Source: the human T2T-CHM13v2.0 reference genome, Homo sapiens. From it: DNA of 64,000 nucleotides. Below are positions 1 through 21,900 of the stretch, piece by piece. Numbering within the stretch: position 1 is the stretch's first letter; every line of letters begins with the position of its first letter. Made by a program: the position numbers and the translations under genes. Location of the stretch: NCBI RefSeq assembly GCF_009914755.1, contig NC_060930.1. The stretch is one strand, 5' to 3'. The notes below the pieces were generated by a model. That model saw only the letters and a list, made by a program, of their open reading frames with translations. It did not search any database and was not told where the DNA came from.

Positions 1-494
1 CGAATCTGCAAGTGGATATTTGGACTTTTTTGAGGCCTTCGTTGGAAATGGGATTTCATCATATAAAAGTTGACAGAAGAATTCTCAGAAACTTCTTTTT
101 TGAAGTGTGCATTCAACTCACAGAGTTGCACCTACCTTTCGGTAGAGCAGTTTTGAAATTCTCTTTGTGTAGAATTTCCAAGTGGATATTTAGAGCGGAT
201 TGCGGCCTATGGTGTAAAAAGCAATATCTTCATAGAAAAACTAGACAGAATGATTCTCAGAAACCACCTTATGATTTGAGCATTCAACTCACAGAGTTTA
301 AACTTTCTTTTGATAGAGCAGTTTTGAAACACTCTTTTTGTAGAATCTGCAAGTGAATATTTGGACTTTTTTGAGGCCTTCATTGGAAACGGGATTTCTT
401 CATATAAAACTCGAGAGAAGAATTCTCAGAAACTTCTTTGCGATGTGTGCATTCAACTAACAGAGTTCTACCTTCCCTTCGATAGAGCAGTTTT
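1..494 (+). repeat. Alpha satellite, divergent ~170-bp monomers
   Basis: Alphoid motifs (cattcaactcacagagtt, gatagagcagttttgaaac, agaattctcagaaact) recur at ~170-bp spacing. Decayed CENP-B-box positions at ~37 and ~378. Ends at the left TSD of the L1/transduction insertion. Confidence 0.97.
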
Positions 495-541
495 TTTTTT
501 TTTTTTTTTAGAGAGGTACAAATAGAAAGATAAATCCTTCC

Positions 542-547
542 TTTATT
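542..547 (-). promoter_or_regulatory. Polyadenylation signal AATAAA used by the read-through transcript
   Basis: tttatt on plus is AATAAA on minus, ~32 nt upstream of the poly(A) starting at 509. Confidence 0.75.
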
Positions 548-851
548 TTAGAGAAAATAATATGTGAGCCACAGATAGGAAATGATTGGAAAATACATAC
601 AAACTGAATTTTATTTGCCAAATTCTCTATGTTTTCCCTACAGAAAACAGCTCCTGCAAATGCCTAGAGAAGCACTGCATACATTGGTAGAGAGAGCAGC
701 AGCTCTAGTTCATATTTTCAGTGTTTACATTACAATAGTAAAATCGCAGAGCAGCTCTTCTATGCCAGCACTTGCTACAGTGGTGTTGCAATTGATGTTA
801 GTACGGCAGTCTCTAGGCCTTCTGTAGCACAAGTGCCACAAGCACAAACAA

Positions 852-925
852 CATGTCACTCCTATATCAACAGTCCGGAGCACAGGATAAGTGCTCAAAA
901 AATGAGTTTGCTGCACCAATGAATC
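852..925 (+). mobile_element. Probable degenerate L2 3'-end fragment inside the transduced DNA
   Basis: tcactcctatatc...gcacaggataagtgctcaaaaaatgagtttgctgcaccaatgaat resembles the L2 3' terminus as recalled (GCACATAGTAGGCGCTCAATAAATATTTGTTGAATGAAT). Confidence 0.45.
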
Positions 926-1254
926 AATTTTGGTGAGTTTCAGATAAGGGCATTTATTTATCTCGTTTGTTAACAAACTTGATTGCCTGTTACACTTCAA
1001 ACAGCGTATGCTAAACTAAAGCTTAAAATGAATTTCTAACTCAGTAGTTACAAAACGGTTTTAGTGTGAGGATCTTCTTTAAGTATCAAAAGTTTCCATG
1101 AGTGTTTGTATTTGAATTATGTTTTGATTGAGAAAATACATGATACAGCAGCTACAAAAGCAGTTCCCACATATACTCAAAGCTGCTAATGTAATGGGTG
1201 TGTGTGGCAGCATCTTTGCAAAAGAAAAGCAATTGAAAACAGGTTATAAAAACA

Positions 1255-1610
1255 TAATGAATGTCCATCCACAGTGGATTGGTTAAATAAATTTTGTTGC
1301 ATTCATATAATGAAATATTTTGCAGTACCAAAAAAGAAGATGGTAGATCAATATGTACTGATACAGAAACATGTCCAAGGTATCTTAAGAGAGAAGATCA
1401 AATTGCCATATGGAATGTACAGTATAATTCCCTTTCTGTATGGAAAACTACATAAATCTATTAGGATAGGTATGGAAAAATTCTGGAAGAATATGCAATA
1501 AATTGAAACAACTGATAGGAGGGAGGGCATTTACTGTTCACATTATTATCTATCATGCTATTTGAGCTTTCCTGTCATAAGCATGAATCATTTGTATCTT
1601 AAAAATTGAA
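1255..1610 (+). mobile_element. Ancient L1ME-like 3' fragment (ORF2 end and 3' UTR) inside the transduced DNA
   Basis: aatgtccatccacagtggattggttaaataaattttg...gtagatcaatatgtactgatacagaaacatgtccaagg resembles L1ME 3' ends. ORF 1274..1501 DWLNKFCCIHIMKYFAVPKK is a decayed version of [19 protein letters not shown]. Confidence 0.7.
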
Positions 1611-1832
1611 ATTACATATCTATACATGTATTACATCTCTCTCTCTATCCATATTTTCACCTTAATACCAATATGTTCTACCAAGGGCTAATATTTGGTT
1701 CATGCCTTTTTGTGCAGACCATTTGCAGTTATTCTGCGGCTCTCCCAAGTTTCTTCAGTCAGTAGAATGAACATCAATCTTATACACTTTTCGTAACTCT
1801 TTTACGTTTTTCAACAAAACCAACTAACCAAT

Positions 1833-1946
1833 CAGTGGGTTTCAAACGTTTGCTACATGCACCATTCTTTGCTCATGCTCATAAAATATTAATATTATAA
1901 GAAAACTCAATATTAGAATGGATAAAAGCAGAACTCTTCTGGTTGC
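1833..1946 (+). mobile_element. Possible hAT-Charlie MITE fragment (MER103-like)
   Basis: Starts cagtgggtttcaaac (Charlie-type terminal inverted repeat) and contains gataaaagcagaactcttctggttg, similar to recalled MER103C. Confidence 0.4.
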
Positions 1947-2210
1947 CTTAAGAATGAAGTTTCAGAATTTCTCTTCTTCCTTGTTTTCCTCACTTCTTTT
2001 TTTTTTATTATACTTTAAGTTTTAGGGTACATGTGCACAATGTGCAGGTTAGTTACATATGTATACATGTGCCATGCTGGTGCGCTGCACCCACTAACTC
2101 ATCATCTAGCATTAGGTATATCTCCCAATACTATCCCTCCCCCAACCGCCACCCCACCACAGTCCCCAGAGTATGATATTCCCCTTCCTGTATCCATGTG
2201 ATCTCAATGT

Positions 2211-6060
<3,850 letters not shown>

Positions 6061-6096
6061 TTAGTGGATGCAGTTTCTTTCTAGTCTCGATGGTCT

Positions 6097-7113
6097 TTAC
6101 ATTTTGGCATGATTTTGCAGCGGCTGATACCGGTTGTTGCTTTCCATGTTTAGCGCTTCCTTCAGGAGCTCTTTTAGGGCAGGCCTGGTGGTGACAAAAT
6201 CTCTCAGCATTTGCTTGTCTGTAAAGTATTTTATTTCTCCTTCACTTATGAAGCTTAGTTTGGCTGGATATGAAATTCTGGGTTGAAAATTCTTTTCTTT
6301 AAGAATGTTGAATGTTGGCCCCCACTCTCTTCTGGCTTGTAGGGTTTCTGCCGAGAGATCCGCTGTTAGTCTGATGGGCTTCCCTTTGAGGGTAACCAGA
6401 CCTTTCTCTCTGGCTGCCCTTAACATTTTTTCCTTCATTTCAACTTTGGTGAATCTGACAATTATGTGTCTTGGAGTTGCTCTTCTGGAGGAGTATCTTT
6501 GTGGCGTTCTCTGTATTTCCTGAATCTGAACGTTGGCCTGCCTTGGTAGATTGGGGAAGTTCTCCTTGATAATATCCTGCAGAGTGTTTTCCAACTTGGT
6601 TCCATTCTCCCCATCACTTTCAGGTACACCAATCAAACGTAGATTTGGTCTTTTCACATAGTCCCATATTTCTTGGAGGCTTTGCTCATTTCTTTTTATT
6701 CTTTTTTCTCTAAACTTCCCTTCTCGCTTCATTTCATTCATTTCATCTTCCACTGCTGATATCCTTTCTTCCAGTTGATCGCATTGTCTCCTGAGGCTTC
6801 TGCATTCATCACATAGTTCTCGAGCCTTGGTTTTCAGCTCCATCAGCTCCTTTAAGCACTTCTCTGTATTGGTTATTCTAGTTATACATTCTTCTAAATT
6901 TTTTTCAAAGTTTTCAACTTCTTTGCCTTTGGTTTGAATGTCCTCCCGTAGCTCAGAGTAATTTCATCATCTGAAGCCTTCTTCTCTCAGCTTGTCAAAG
7001 TCATTCTCCATCCAGCTTTGTTCCGTTGCTGGTGAGGAACTGCATTCCTTTGGAGGAGGAGAGACGCTCTGCGTTTTAGAGTTTCCAGTTTTTCTGTTCT
7101 GTTTTTTCCCCAT
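6097..7113 (-). pseudogene. L1 ORF1p of element #1, premature stops
   Basis: ATG GGG AAA AAA CAG at 7113 and a 1017-nt frame ending LQNHAKM. Tandem TGA TGA at codons 49-50 (6969-6964). Confidence 0.95.
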
Positions 7114-8018
7114 CTTTGTGGTTTTATCTACTTTTGGTCTTTGATGATGGTGATGTACAGATGGGTTTTCGGTGTGGATGTCCTTTCTGTTTGTTAGTTT
7201 TCCTTCTAACAGACAGGACCCTCAGCTGCAGGTCTGTTGGAGTACCCTGCCGTGTGAGGTGTCAGTGTGCCCCTGCTGGTGGGTGCCTCCCAGGTAGGCT
7301 GCTCGGGGGTCAGTGGTCAGGGACCCACTTGAGGAGGCAGTCTGCTGGTTCTCAGATCTCCAGCTGCGTGCTGGGAGAACCACTGCTCTCTTCAAAGCTG
7401 TCAGACAGGGACATTTAAGTCTGCAGAGTTTACTGCTGTCTTTTTGTTTGTCTGTGCCCTGCCCCCAGAGCTGGGGCCTACAGTGGCAGGCAGGTCTCCT
7501 TGAGCTGTGGTGGGCTACACCCAGTTGGAGCTTCCCGGCTGCTTTGTTTACCTAAGCAAGCCTGGGTAATGGCGGGCGCCCCTCCCCCAGCCTCGCTGCC
7601 GCCTTGCAGTTTGATCTCAGACTGCTGTGCTAGCAATCAGCGAGACTCTGTGGGCGTAGGACCCTCTGAGCCAGGTGTGGGATATAGTCTCGTGGTGCGC
7701 CGTTTTTTAAGCCGGTCTGAAAAGCGCAATATTCGGGTGCAAGTGACCCGATATTCCAGGTGCGTCCGTCACCCCTTTCTTTGACTCGGAAAGGGAACTC
7801 CCTGACCCCTTGCGCTTCCCAGGTGAGGCAATGCCTCATCCTGCTTTGGCTCGCACACGGTGCGTGCAACCACTGACCTGTGCCCACTGTCTGGCACTCC
7901 CTAGTGAGATGAACCCGGTACCTCAGATGGAAATGCAGAAATCACCCGTCTTCTGCGTCGCTCATGCTGGGAGCTGTAGACCGGAGCTGTTCCTATTCGG
8001 CCATCTTGGCTCCTCCCC
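7114..8018 (-). promoter_or_regulatory. L1 5'UTR of element #1 (sense promoter with YY1 site, antisense promoter)
   Basis: GC/CpG-rich ~905 bp. YY1 motif CAAGATGGCCG at ~7998-8008. Confidence 0.88.
7569..7784 (+). CDS. L1 ORF0 (71 aa, antisense in 5'UTR), open frame
   Basis: ATG at 7569 gives MAGAPPPASLPPCSLISDCCASNQRDSVGVGPSEPGVGYSLVVRRFLSRSEKRNIRVQVTRYSRCVRHPFL*. Donor-like CAG|GTGTGG (~7675) and CAG|GTGCGT (~7760) are retained. Expression is not shown. Confidence 0.8.
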   Translation: MAGAPPPASLPPCSLISDCCASNQRDSVGVGPSEPGVGYSLVVRRFLSRSEKRNIRVQVTRYSRCVRHPFL

Positions 8019-13469
<5,451 letters not shown>

Positions 13470-13627
13470 GGAAATATCTTCATAGAAAAATTAGATAGAA
13501 TGATTCTCAGAAACTATTTTGTATTGTGTCCGTTCAACTCACAGAGTTTAACCTTTCTTTTGATAGAGCAGTTTTGAAACACTCTTTTTGAAGGATCTGC
13601 AAGTGAATATTTGGACTTTTTTGAGGC

Positions 13628-13644
13628 CTTCGTTGGAAACGGGA
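13628..13644 (+). other. CENP-B box (perfect 17-mer)
   Basis: CTTCGTTGGAAACGGGA. Confidence 0.9.
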
Positions 13645-16600
13645 TTTCTTCATATGAAACTTGACAGAGGAATTCTCAGAAACTTCTTTGTGATGTGTGC
13701 ATTCAACTCACAGAGTTGAATCTTCCTTTCGAAAGAGCAGTTTTGAAATGCTCTTTTGATAGAATTTTCAAGTTGATATTAAGAGTGGTTCAAGGTCCAT
13801 GGTAGAAATGGAAATATCTTCATAGAAAAACTAGACAGAATCATTCTCAGAAAGTACATTGTGATCTGAGCTTTAACCTTACAGAGTTTAAACTTTCTTT
13901 TGATAGAGCAGTTTTGAAACAACCTTTTTGTGTTATTATAAGTGTATATTTTGAGCACCTTGAGGCCTACGGTAGGAAAGGAAATATCTTAACAAAAAAA
14001 CTAGAAAGAAGCATTGTCAGAAACTACTTTGTGATATTTACATTCAATTCACAGAGATGAACATTCCTCTTGATAGAGCAGTTTTGAATCCCTCTTTTGT
14101 AGAATCTGCTAGTGGATAATCTGACCTCATGGTGGAAATCATTTGATACGTGATTTCTTCATATAAAGCTAGACAGAAGAATTCTCAGAAACTTCTTTTT
14201 GATGTGTGCTTTCAACTCACAGAGTTGAACCTTCCTTTCGATAGAGCAATTTTGAAACTCTATTTTGCAGGGTTTCCAAGGGGATATTTCGCACCATTTG
14301 AGGCCTATGTTAGAAAAGGCAATATCTTTATAGAAAAACTAGACAGAATCATTCTCAGAAACTACTTTGTGATGTGTCCGTTCAACTCACAGAGTTTAAC
14401 CTTTCCTTTGATAGAGCAGTTTTGAAACACTCTTTTTGTAGAATCTGTAAGTGAATATCTAGACTTTTTTGAGGCCTTCCTTGGAAATGGGATTTCTTCT
14501 TATAAAATTTGAACAGAAGAATTCTGAGAAACTTCTTTGTGATGTGTGCATTCAACTCACAGAATTGAAGCTTCCTTTTGATAGAGCAGTTTTGAAATAC
14601 TCTTTTTGTAGAATTTCCAAATGGATATTTAGAGAGGTTCGAGGCCTATTGTAGAAAAGGAAATAACTTCATAGAAAAACTAGACAGAATAATTCTGAGA
14701 AACTAGCTTTTTATGTGTGCATTCAGCTTATAGAGTTTAACTTTTCTTTTGATAGAGCAGTTTTGAAACCCCCCTTCTTGTGGAATTTGCAAGTGTATAT
14801 TTAGAGGGCTTTGAGGCCCATGGTAGAAAAGGAAATATCTTCACCAAAAAAAGCTAGACAGAAGCCTTGTCACAAACTACTTTGTGTTATTTGCATTCAA
14901 CTCAAAGAGTTGAACATTCGTCTTGATAGAGCAGTTTTGAAACACTCTTTTTGGATAATCTGCAGGTGGATATTTGGATCTCTTTGTGTCCAGCGTTTGA
15001 TACATGATTTCTTCATATAAAACTAGACAGAAGAATTCTCAGAAACTTCTTTGTGATGTGTGCTTTCAACTCACAGATATGAACCTTCCTTTTGATAGAG
15101 GAGTGTTGAAACTCTCTTTTTATAGAATTTCCAAGTGGATATTTAGCGCCGTTTGAGGCCTATGGTAGAAAACTGAATATCTTCATAGAAAAACTAGATA
15201 GAATCATTTTTAGAAACTACTTTGTGATGTGTGCGTTCAGCTCACAGAGTATAAAGTTTCTTTTGATAGAGCAGTTTTGAAACACTCTTTTTGTAGTATC
15301 TGCAAGAGAATATTTAGAGTTTTTTGACGCCTTGTTGGAAACGGTATTTCATCTATAAAACTTGACAGAAGTATTCTCAGAGACTTCTTTGTGATGTGTG
15401 CCTTCAACTCACAGATTTGAACTGACCTTTCGATAGAGCAGTTTGGAGATTCTCTTTTTGTAGAATTTCCAATAGGATATTTAGAGCAGTTTGAGGCCTA
15501 TGGTATAAAAGGCAATATCTTCATAGAAAAACTAGACAGAATCATTCTCAGAAACTAATTCGTGATGTGGGCATGCAACGTACAGAGTTTAACTTCTCTT
15601 TTGATAGAGCAGTTTTGAAACACTCTTTTTGTGGAATTTGCAAGTGTATGTTTAGAGCGCTTTTAGGTCTATGGTAGAAAAGGAAATATCTTCACAAAAA
15701 AGCTCTACTGAAGCATTGTCAGAAACCACTTTGTGATATTTGCGTTCAACTCGTAAAGTTGAACATTCCTCTTGATAGGGCTGTTTTGAAACACTCTTTT
15801 TGTGGAATCTGCAAGTGGATATTTGGATCCTCTTTGTGGCCTTCGTTTGAAACGTGATTTCTTCATATAAAACTAGACAGAAGAATTCTCAGAAACTTCT
15901 TTGTGATGGGCCCATTCATCTCACAGAGTTGAACCTTCCTTTCGATAGGATAGTTTGGAAACTCCTCTGTTTTTGTACAATTTCCAAGTGGATATTTAGC
16001 ACTGTTTGAGGCCTACAGTAGAAAAGGAAATATCTTCATAGAAAAACTAAACAGAATGATTCTCAGAAACTACTTTGTGATGTGTGCATTCAACTCACAG
16101 AGTTTAACCTTTCTTTTCATAGAGCAGTTTTGAAGCACTCTTTTTGTAGAATCTACAAGTGAATATTTGGACTTTTTTGAAGCCTTCGTTGGAAATGGTA
16201 TTTCTTCATATAAAACTTGACATAAGAATTCTCAGGAACTTTTTTACCATGTGAGCATTCAACTCACAGAGTTGTACCTTCCCTTCAATAGAGCAGTTTT
16301 GAAATACTCTTTTTGTAGAATTTTCAAGTGGATATTTAGTGCGGTTCGAGGCCTATGGTAGAAAAGGAAATATCTTCATAGAAAAACTAGACAGAATCAT
16401 TCTCCGAAACTACTTTGTGATGTGTGCATTCAGCTTACAGAGTTTAAAATTTCTTTTGATAGAGCAGTTTTGAAACAAACTTTTTGTGGAATTTGCAAGT
16501 GTATTTTTAGAGCGCTTTGATGCCTATGGTAGAAAAGGATATATCTTCACAAATACTGTACAGAAGAATTGTCAGAAACTACTTTGTGATATTTGCATTC

Positions 16601-17559
16601 AACTCATAGAGTTGAACATTCCTCTTGATAGGGCTGTTTTGAAACACTCCTTTGTAGAATCTGCAAGTGGATATTTGGATCCTCATTGTGGCCTTCGTTT
16701 GAAACGTGATTTCTCCATATAAAACTAGACAGAAGAATTCTCAGAAACTTCTTTTGATGTGTGCTTTCAACTCACAGACTTGAAAGTTCTTTTCGATAGA
16801 GCAGTTTTGAAACTCTCTTTTTGTAGAATCTGCAAGTGCATATATGGACTTTTTTGAGGCCTTCATTTGAAACGGGATTTCTACATATAAAACCTGGCAG
16901 AAGAATTCTCCAAAACTTCTTTGTGATGTGTGCATTTAACTCACAGATTTGAACCTTCCTTTTGATAGAGCAGTTTTGAAATAGTCTTTTTGTAGAATTT
17001 TCAAGTGGATATTTAGTGCGGTTTGAGGCCTATGGTAGAAAAGGTAAAATCTTCATAGAAAAGGAAATATTTTCACAAAAAAAACTAGACAGAAGCATTC
17101 TCAGAAACTGCTTTTTCATATTTGCTTTCAACTCGCAGTGTTGAACATTACTCTTGATAGAGCAGTTTTGAAACACTCTTTTGGTAGAATCTGCAAGTGG
17201 ATATTTGCACTTCTTTGTGTCCGTCTTTTGATACGTGACTTCTTCATGTAAAACTAGACAGAAGAATTCTCAGAAACTTCTTTGTGACGTGTGCTTTCAA
17301 CTCACAAAGTTGAACCTTCCTTTCGATAGAGCAGTTTTGAAACTCTTTTTTTGTAGAATTTCCAAAGGATATTTAGCACCCTTTAAGGCTTATGGTAGAA
17401 ATGGCAATATCTTCGTAGAAAAACTAGACAGAATCATTCTCAGAAACTACTTTGTGATGTGTGCGTTCAACTCACAGAGTTTAACCTTTCTTTTGATAGA
17501 GCAGTTTTGAAAACTCTTTTTGTTGTATCTTCAAGTGAATATTTGGACTTTTTTGAGGT

Positions 17560-17576
17560 CTTCGTTGGAAACGGGA
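17560..17576 (+). other. CENP-B box (perfect 17-mer)
   Basis: CTTCGTTGGAAACGGGA. Confidence 0.9.
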
Positions 17577-18915
17577 TTTCATCATATAAAAGTTGACAGA
17601 AGAATTCTCAGAAACTACTTTGTGATACGCACATTCAACTCACAGAGTTGAACTTACCTTTTGATAGAGCAGTTTTGAAATTTTCTTTTTGTAGAATTTC
17701 CAAGTGGATATTTAGAGTGGTTTGAGGCCTATGGTGTAAAAGTCAATATCTTCATAGAAAAACTAGACAGAATGATTCTCAGAAACCACTTTGCGATGTG
17801 TGCGTTCAACTCAAAGAGTTTAACCTTTCTTTTGATAGAGCAGTTTTGAAACACTTTTTGTAGAATCTGCAAATGAATATTTGTACTTTTTTGAGGCCTT
17901 CGTTGGAAACGGCATTTCTTCATATAAAACTTGACAGAAGAAATCTCAGAAACTTCTTTGTGATGTGTGCATTCAACTAACAGAGTTGAAACTTCTCTTC
18001 GATAGAGCAGTTTTGCAATACTCTTTTTGTAGAATTTTCAAGTGGATATTTAGTGTGGTTCGAGGCCTATGGTAGAAAAGGAAGTGTCTGCATTGAAAAA
18101 CTAGACAAAATCATTCTCATAAACTACTTTGTGATGTGTGCATTCAGCTTACAGAGTTTAACCTTTCTTTTGATAGAGCAGTTTTGAAACAACGTTTTTG
18201 TTGAATTTTCAGTTTTATATTTAGAGCGCCTTGAGGCCTGTGGTAGAAAAGGTAATATCTTCACAAAAAAACTAGACAGAAGCGTTGACAGAAACTGCTT
18301 TGTCATATTTGCATTCAACTCACAGTGTTGAACATTCCTCTTGACAGAGCAGTTTTGAAACACTCTTTTTTTAGAATCTGCAATTGCATATTTGGACCAC
18401 TTTGTGTCCATCGTTTGATACGTGATTTCTTCATATAAAATTAGAAAGAAGAATTCTCAGAAACTTCTTTGTGATGTGTGCTTTCAACTCACAGAGTTGA
18501 ACCTTTCTTTTGATAGAGCAGTTTTGAGACACTCTTTTTGTAGAATCTGCAAGTGAATATTTGGACTTTTTTGGGGCCTTCCTTTGATACGTGATTTCTA
18601 CATGTAAAACTTGACAGAAGAATTCTCAGAAACCTCTTTGTGATGTGTGCATTCAACTCACAGAGTTGAACCTTCCTTTCGATAGAGCAGTTTTGAAACT
18701 CTTTTTGTAGAATTTCTAAGTGGACATTTAGCACCGTTTGAGGCCTTTGGTAGAAAAGGCAATATCTTCATAGAAAAACTAGACAGAATGATTCTCAAAA
18801 ACTTCTTTGTTATGTGTGCGTTCAACTCACAGAATTTAACCGTTCTTTTGATAGAGCAGTTTTGAAACACTCCTTTTGTAGAATCTGCAGGTGAATATTT
18901 GGACTTTTTTGAGGC

Positions 18916-18932
18916 CTTCGTTGGAAACGGGA
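18916..18932 (+). other. CENP-B box (perfect 17-mer)
   Basis: CTTCGTTGGAAACGGGA. Confidence 0.9.
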
Positions 18933-21900
18933 TTATTTCATATAAAACTTACAGAAGAATTCTCAGAAACTTCTTTTTGATGTGTGCATTCAACTAAGAG
19001 TTGAACCCTCCTTTCGATAGAGCAGTTTTTAAATGCCGTTTTTATAGAATTTTCAAGTTGATCTTTAGAGCGTTTTGAGCCCTGTGCTAGAAAAGGATAT
19101 ATCTTCATAGACAAACTAGACAGAATAATTATCACAAATTAATTTTTAATGTGTGCATTAACCTTACAGAGTTTAAGCTCTCTTAAGATAGAGTAGTTTT
19201 GAAACAACCGTTTGTGTAATTTACAAGTGTATATTTAGAGCGCCCTGAGGCCTACATTAGAAAAGGAAATATCTTCACAAAAAAGCTAGATAGAAGCATT
19301 TTCAGAAACTACATTTTATATTTGCATTCAACTCACAGAGTTGAAAATTCCTCTTGATAGAGCAGTTTTGAAATCCTCTATTGTAGAATCTGGAAGTGGA
19401 TATTCGGACCTCATGGTGGCCGTCGTTTGATAAGTGATCTCTTCATATAAAACTAGACAGAAGAATTCGCAGAAAATTCTTTGTGATGTGTGCTTTCAAC
19501 TCACAGAGTTGAACCTTCCTTTCGATAGAGCAGTTTTGAAACTCTCTTTTTGTAGTGTTTCCATGGGGATATTTAGCGCCATTTGAGGCCTATGGTAGAA
19601 AAGGAAATATCTTCGTAGAAAAACTAGACTGAATCATTCTCAGAAACTACTTTGTGATGTGTGCGTTCAACTCACAGAGTTTAACCTTTCTTTTGATAGA
19701 GCAGTTTTGAAAAACTCTTTTTGAAGTATCTGCAAGTGAATATTTGGGCTTTTTTGGGGCCTTCGTTTGAAACGGGATTTCTTCTTATAAAAATTGACAG
19801 AAGAATTCTCATAAACTTCTTTGTGATGTGTGCATTCAACTCACAGAGTTGAACCTTCCTTTCGATAGAGCAGTTTTGAAATCCTCTTTTTGTAGAATTT
19901 CCAAGTGGATATTTAGTGCGGTTTGAGGCCTATGGTAGAAAAGGAAATATATTCATAGGAAAACTGAACAGAATCATTCTCAGAAACTACATTGTGATGT
20001 GTGCATTCAGCTTACAGAGTTTAACCTTTCTTTTGGTAGAGCAGTTTTGAAACAACCTTTTTGTGGAATTTACAAGAGTATATTTAGAGCGCTTTGAGGC
20101 CTACAGTGGAAATGGAAATATCTTCACAAAAAAAAATATACAGAAGAATTGTCAAAAACTACTCCGTGATATTTGCATTCAAATCACAGTGTTGAACATT
20201 CCTCTTGATAGAGCAGTTTTGAAACACTCTTTTTGTAGAATCGGCATGTGGTTATTTGGCCCTCTTTTGGTGCATCGTTTGATAATTGATTTCTTCATAT
20301 AAAACTAGACAGAAAAATTCTTAGAAACTTCTTTGTGATGTGTGCTTTCAACTCAAAGAGTTGAACCTTCCTTTCGATAGAGCAGCTTTGAAACTCTCTT
20401 TTTGTAGAATTTCCAAGTGGATATTTAGAGCCGTTTGAGGCCTATGGTAGAAAAGGCAATATCTTCATAGAACAACAAGACAGAATGATTCTCAGAAACT
20501 ACTTTTAGATGTGTGCATTCGACTCACACAGTTTAACCTTTCTTTTGATAGAGCACTTTTGAAGCACACTTTTTGTAGAATCTGCAGGTGAATATTTGGA
20601 CTTTTTTGAGGCCTTCTTTGGAAACTTGATTTCTTCATATAAAACTTGACAGAAGAATTTTCAGAAACTTCTTTGTGATGTGTGCATTCAACTCACAGAG
20701 TTGAACCTTCCCTTCCATGGAGCAGTTTTGAAATACTCTTTTTGTAGCATTTTCCAGTGGATATTTAGTGTGGTTTGAGGCCTATAGTAGAAAAGAAAGT
20801 ATCTTCATAGAAAAACAAGATAGAATCATTCTCAGAACCTACTTTGTGATGTGTGCATTGAGCTTACAGAGTTTAACGTTTCTTTTGATAGAGATGTTTG
20901 AAACCCGCTTTTTGTGGAATTTGCAACTGTATAATTACAGCGCTTTGAGGCCTACTGTAGAAAAGGAAATATATTCACAAGAAAACTAGACAGAAGCATT
21001 TTCAGAAACTGCTTTGGGATATATGCATTCAACTCACATAGTTGGACATTCCTCTTGATAGAGCAGTTTCGAAACACTCTTTTTGTAGAATCTGCAAGTG
21101 AATATTTGGACATTTTTGCGGCCTTCGTTTGAAACGTTATTTCTTCATATAAAACTGTCAGAAGAATTCCCTGAAACTATTTTGTGGTGTGTGCTTTCAA
21201 CTCACATAGTTGAACCTTCCTTTTAATAGAAAAGTTTTGAAACTCTCTTTTTGCAGATTTTCCTAGTGGATATTTAGCACCGTTTGAGGCCTATGGTAGA
21301 AAAGGAAATGTCTTCATAGAAAAATTAGACAGAATGATTCTCAGAAATTTGTTTGTGATGTGTGCATTCAACTCACAGAGTTTAACCTTTGTTTTGATGG
21401 AGCAGTTTTGAAACACTCTTTTTGTAGAATCTGCAAGTGAATATTTGGGCTTTTTTTAGGCCTTCGTTGCAAACGGCATTTCTTCATATAAAACTTGACA
21501 GAAGAATTCTCAGCATGTTCTTTGTGATGTATATATTCAACTCACAGGGATGAACCTTCCTTTCGATAGATCAGTTTTGAAATACTCTTTTTGTAGAATT
21601 TTCAGGTGGATATTTAGTGCGGTTTGAGGCCTATTGTAGAAAAGGAAATATCTTCATAGAAAAACTAGACAGAATCATTCTCAGAAACTACTTTTTGATG
21701 TTGGCATTCAGCTTACAGAGTGAAACTTTTCTTTTGATAGAGCAGTTTTGAAACACTCTTTTTGTGGAATTTGCTAGTTTATATTTAGAACACTTTTAGG
21801 CCTATGGTAGAAAAGGAAATATCTTAAAAAATATTTTACAGAAGCTTTGTCAGAAACTGCTTTGTGATATTTGCGTTCAATTAACGGAGTTGAACATTCC

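Larger units (their letters stand above)
495..1996 (-). mobile_element. L1-mediated 3' transduction (~1.5 kb non-satellite DNA) with terminal poly(A)
   Basis: T19 at 491-509 is a poly(A) on the minus strand. Unique sequence 510-1996 directly follows the L1's own A10 tail (1997-2006). TSD gagcagtttt at 485-494 and 8019-8028 brackets L1 plus transduction. Confidence 0.93.

Noticed and set aside
582-1000. ORFs 582..827 (+) and 725..1000 (-) as a retrocopied gene
   Set aside because: Short, with no recognisable domain, and overlapping a probable L2 remnant. The context fits transduced intergenic or intronic DNA.
510-1996. Misassembly or segmental duplication of unique DNA
   Set aside because: The poly(A), AATAAA, TSD and perfect restoration of the monomer indicate retrotransposition.
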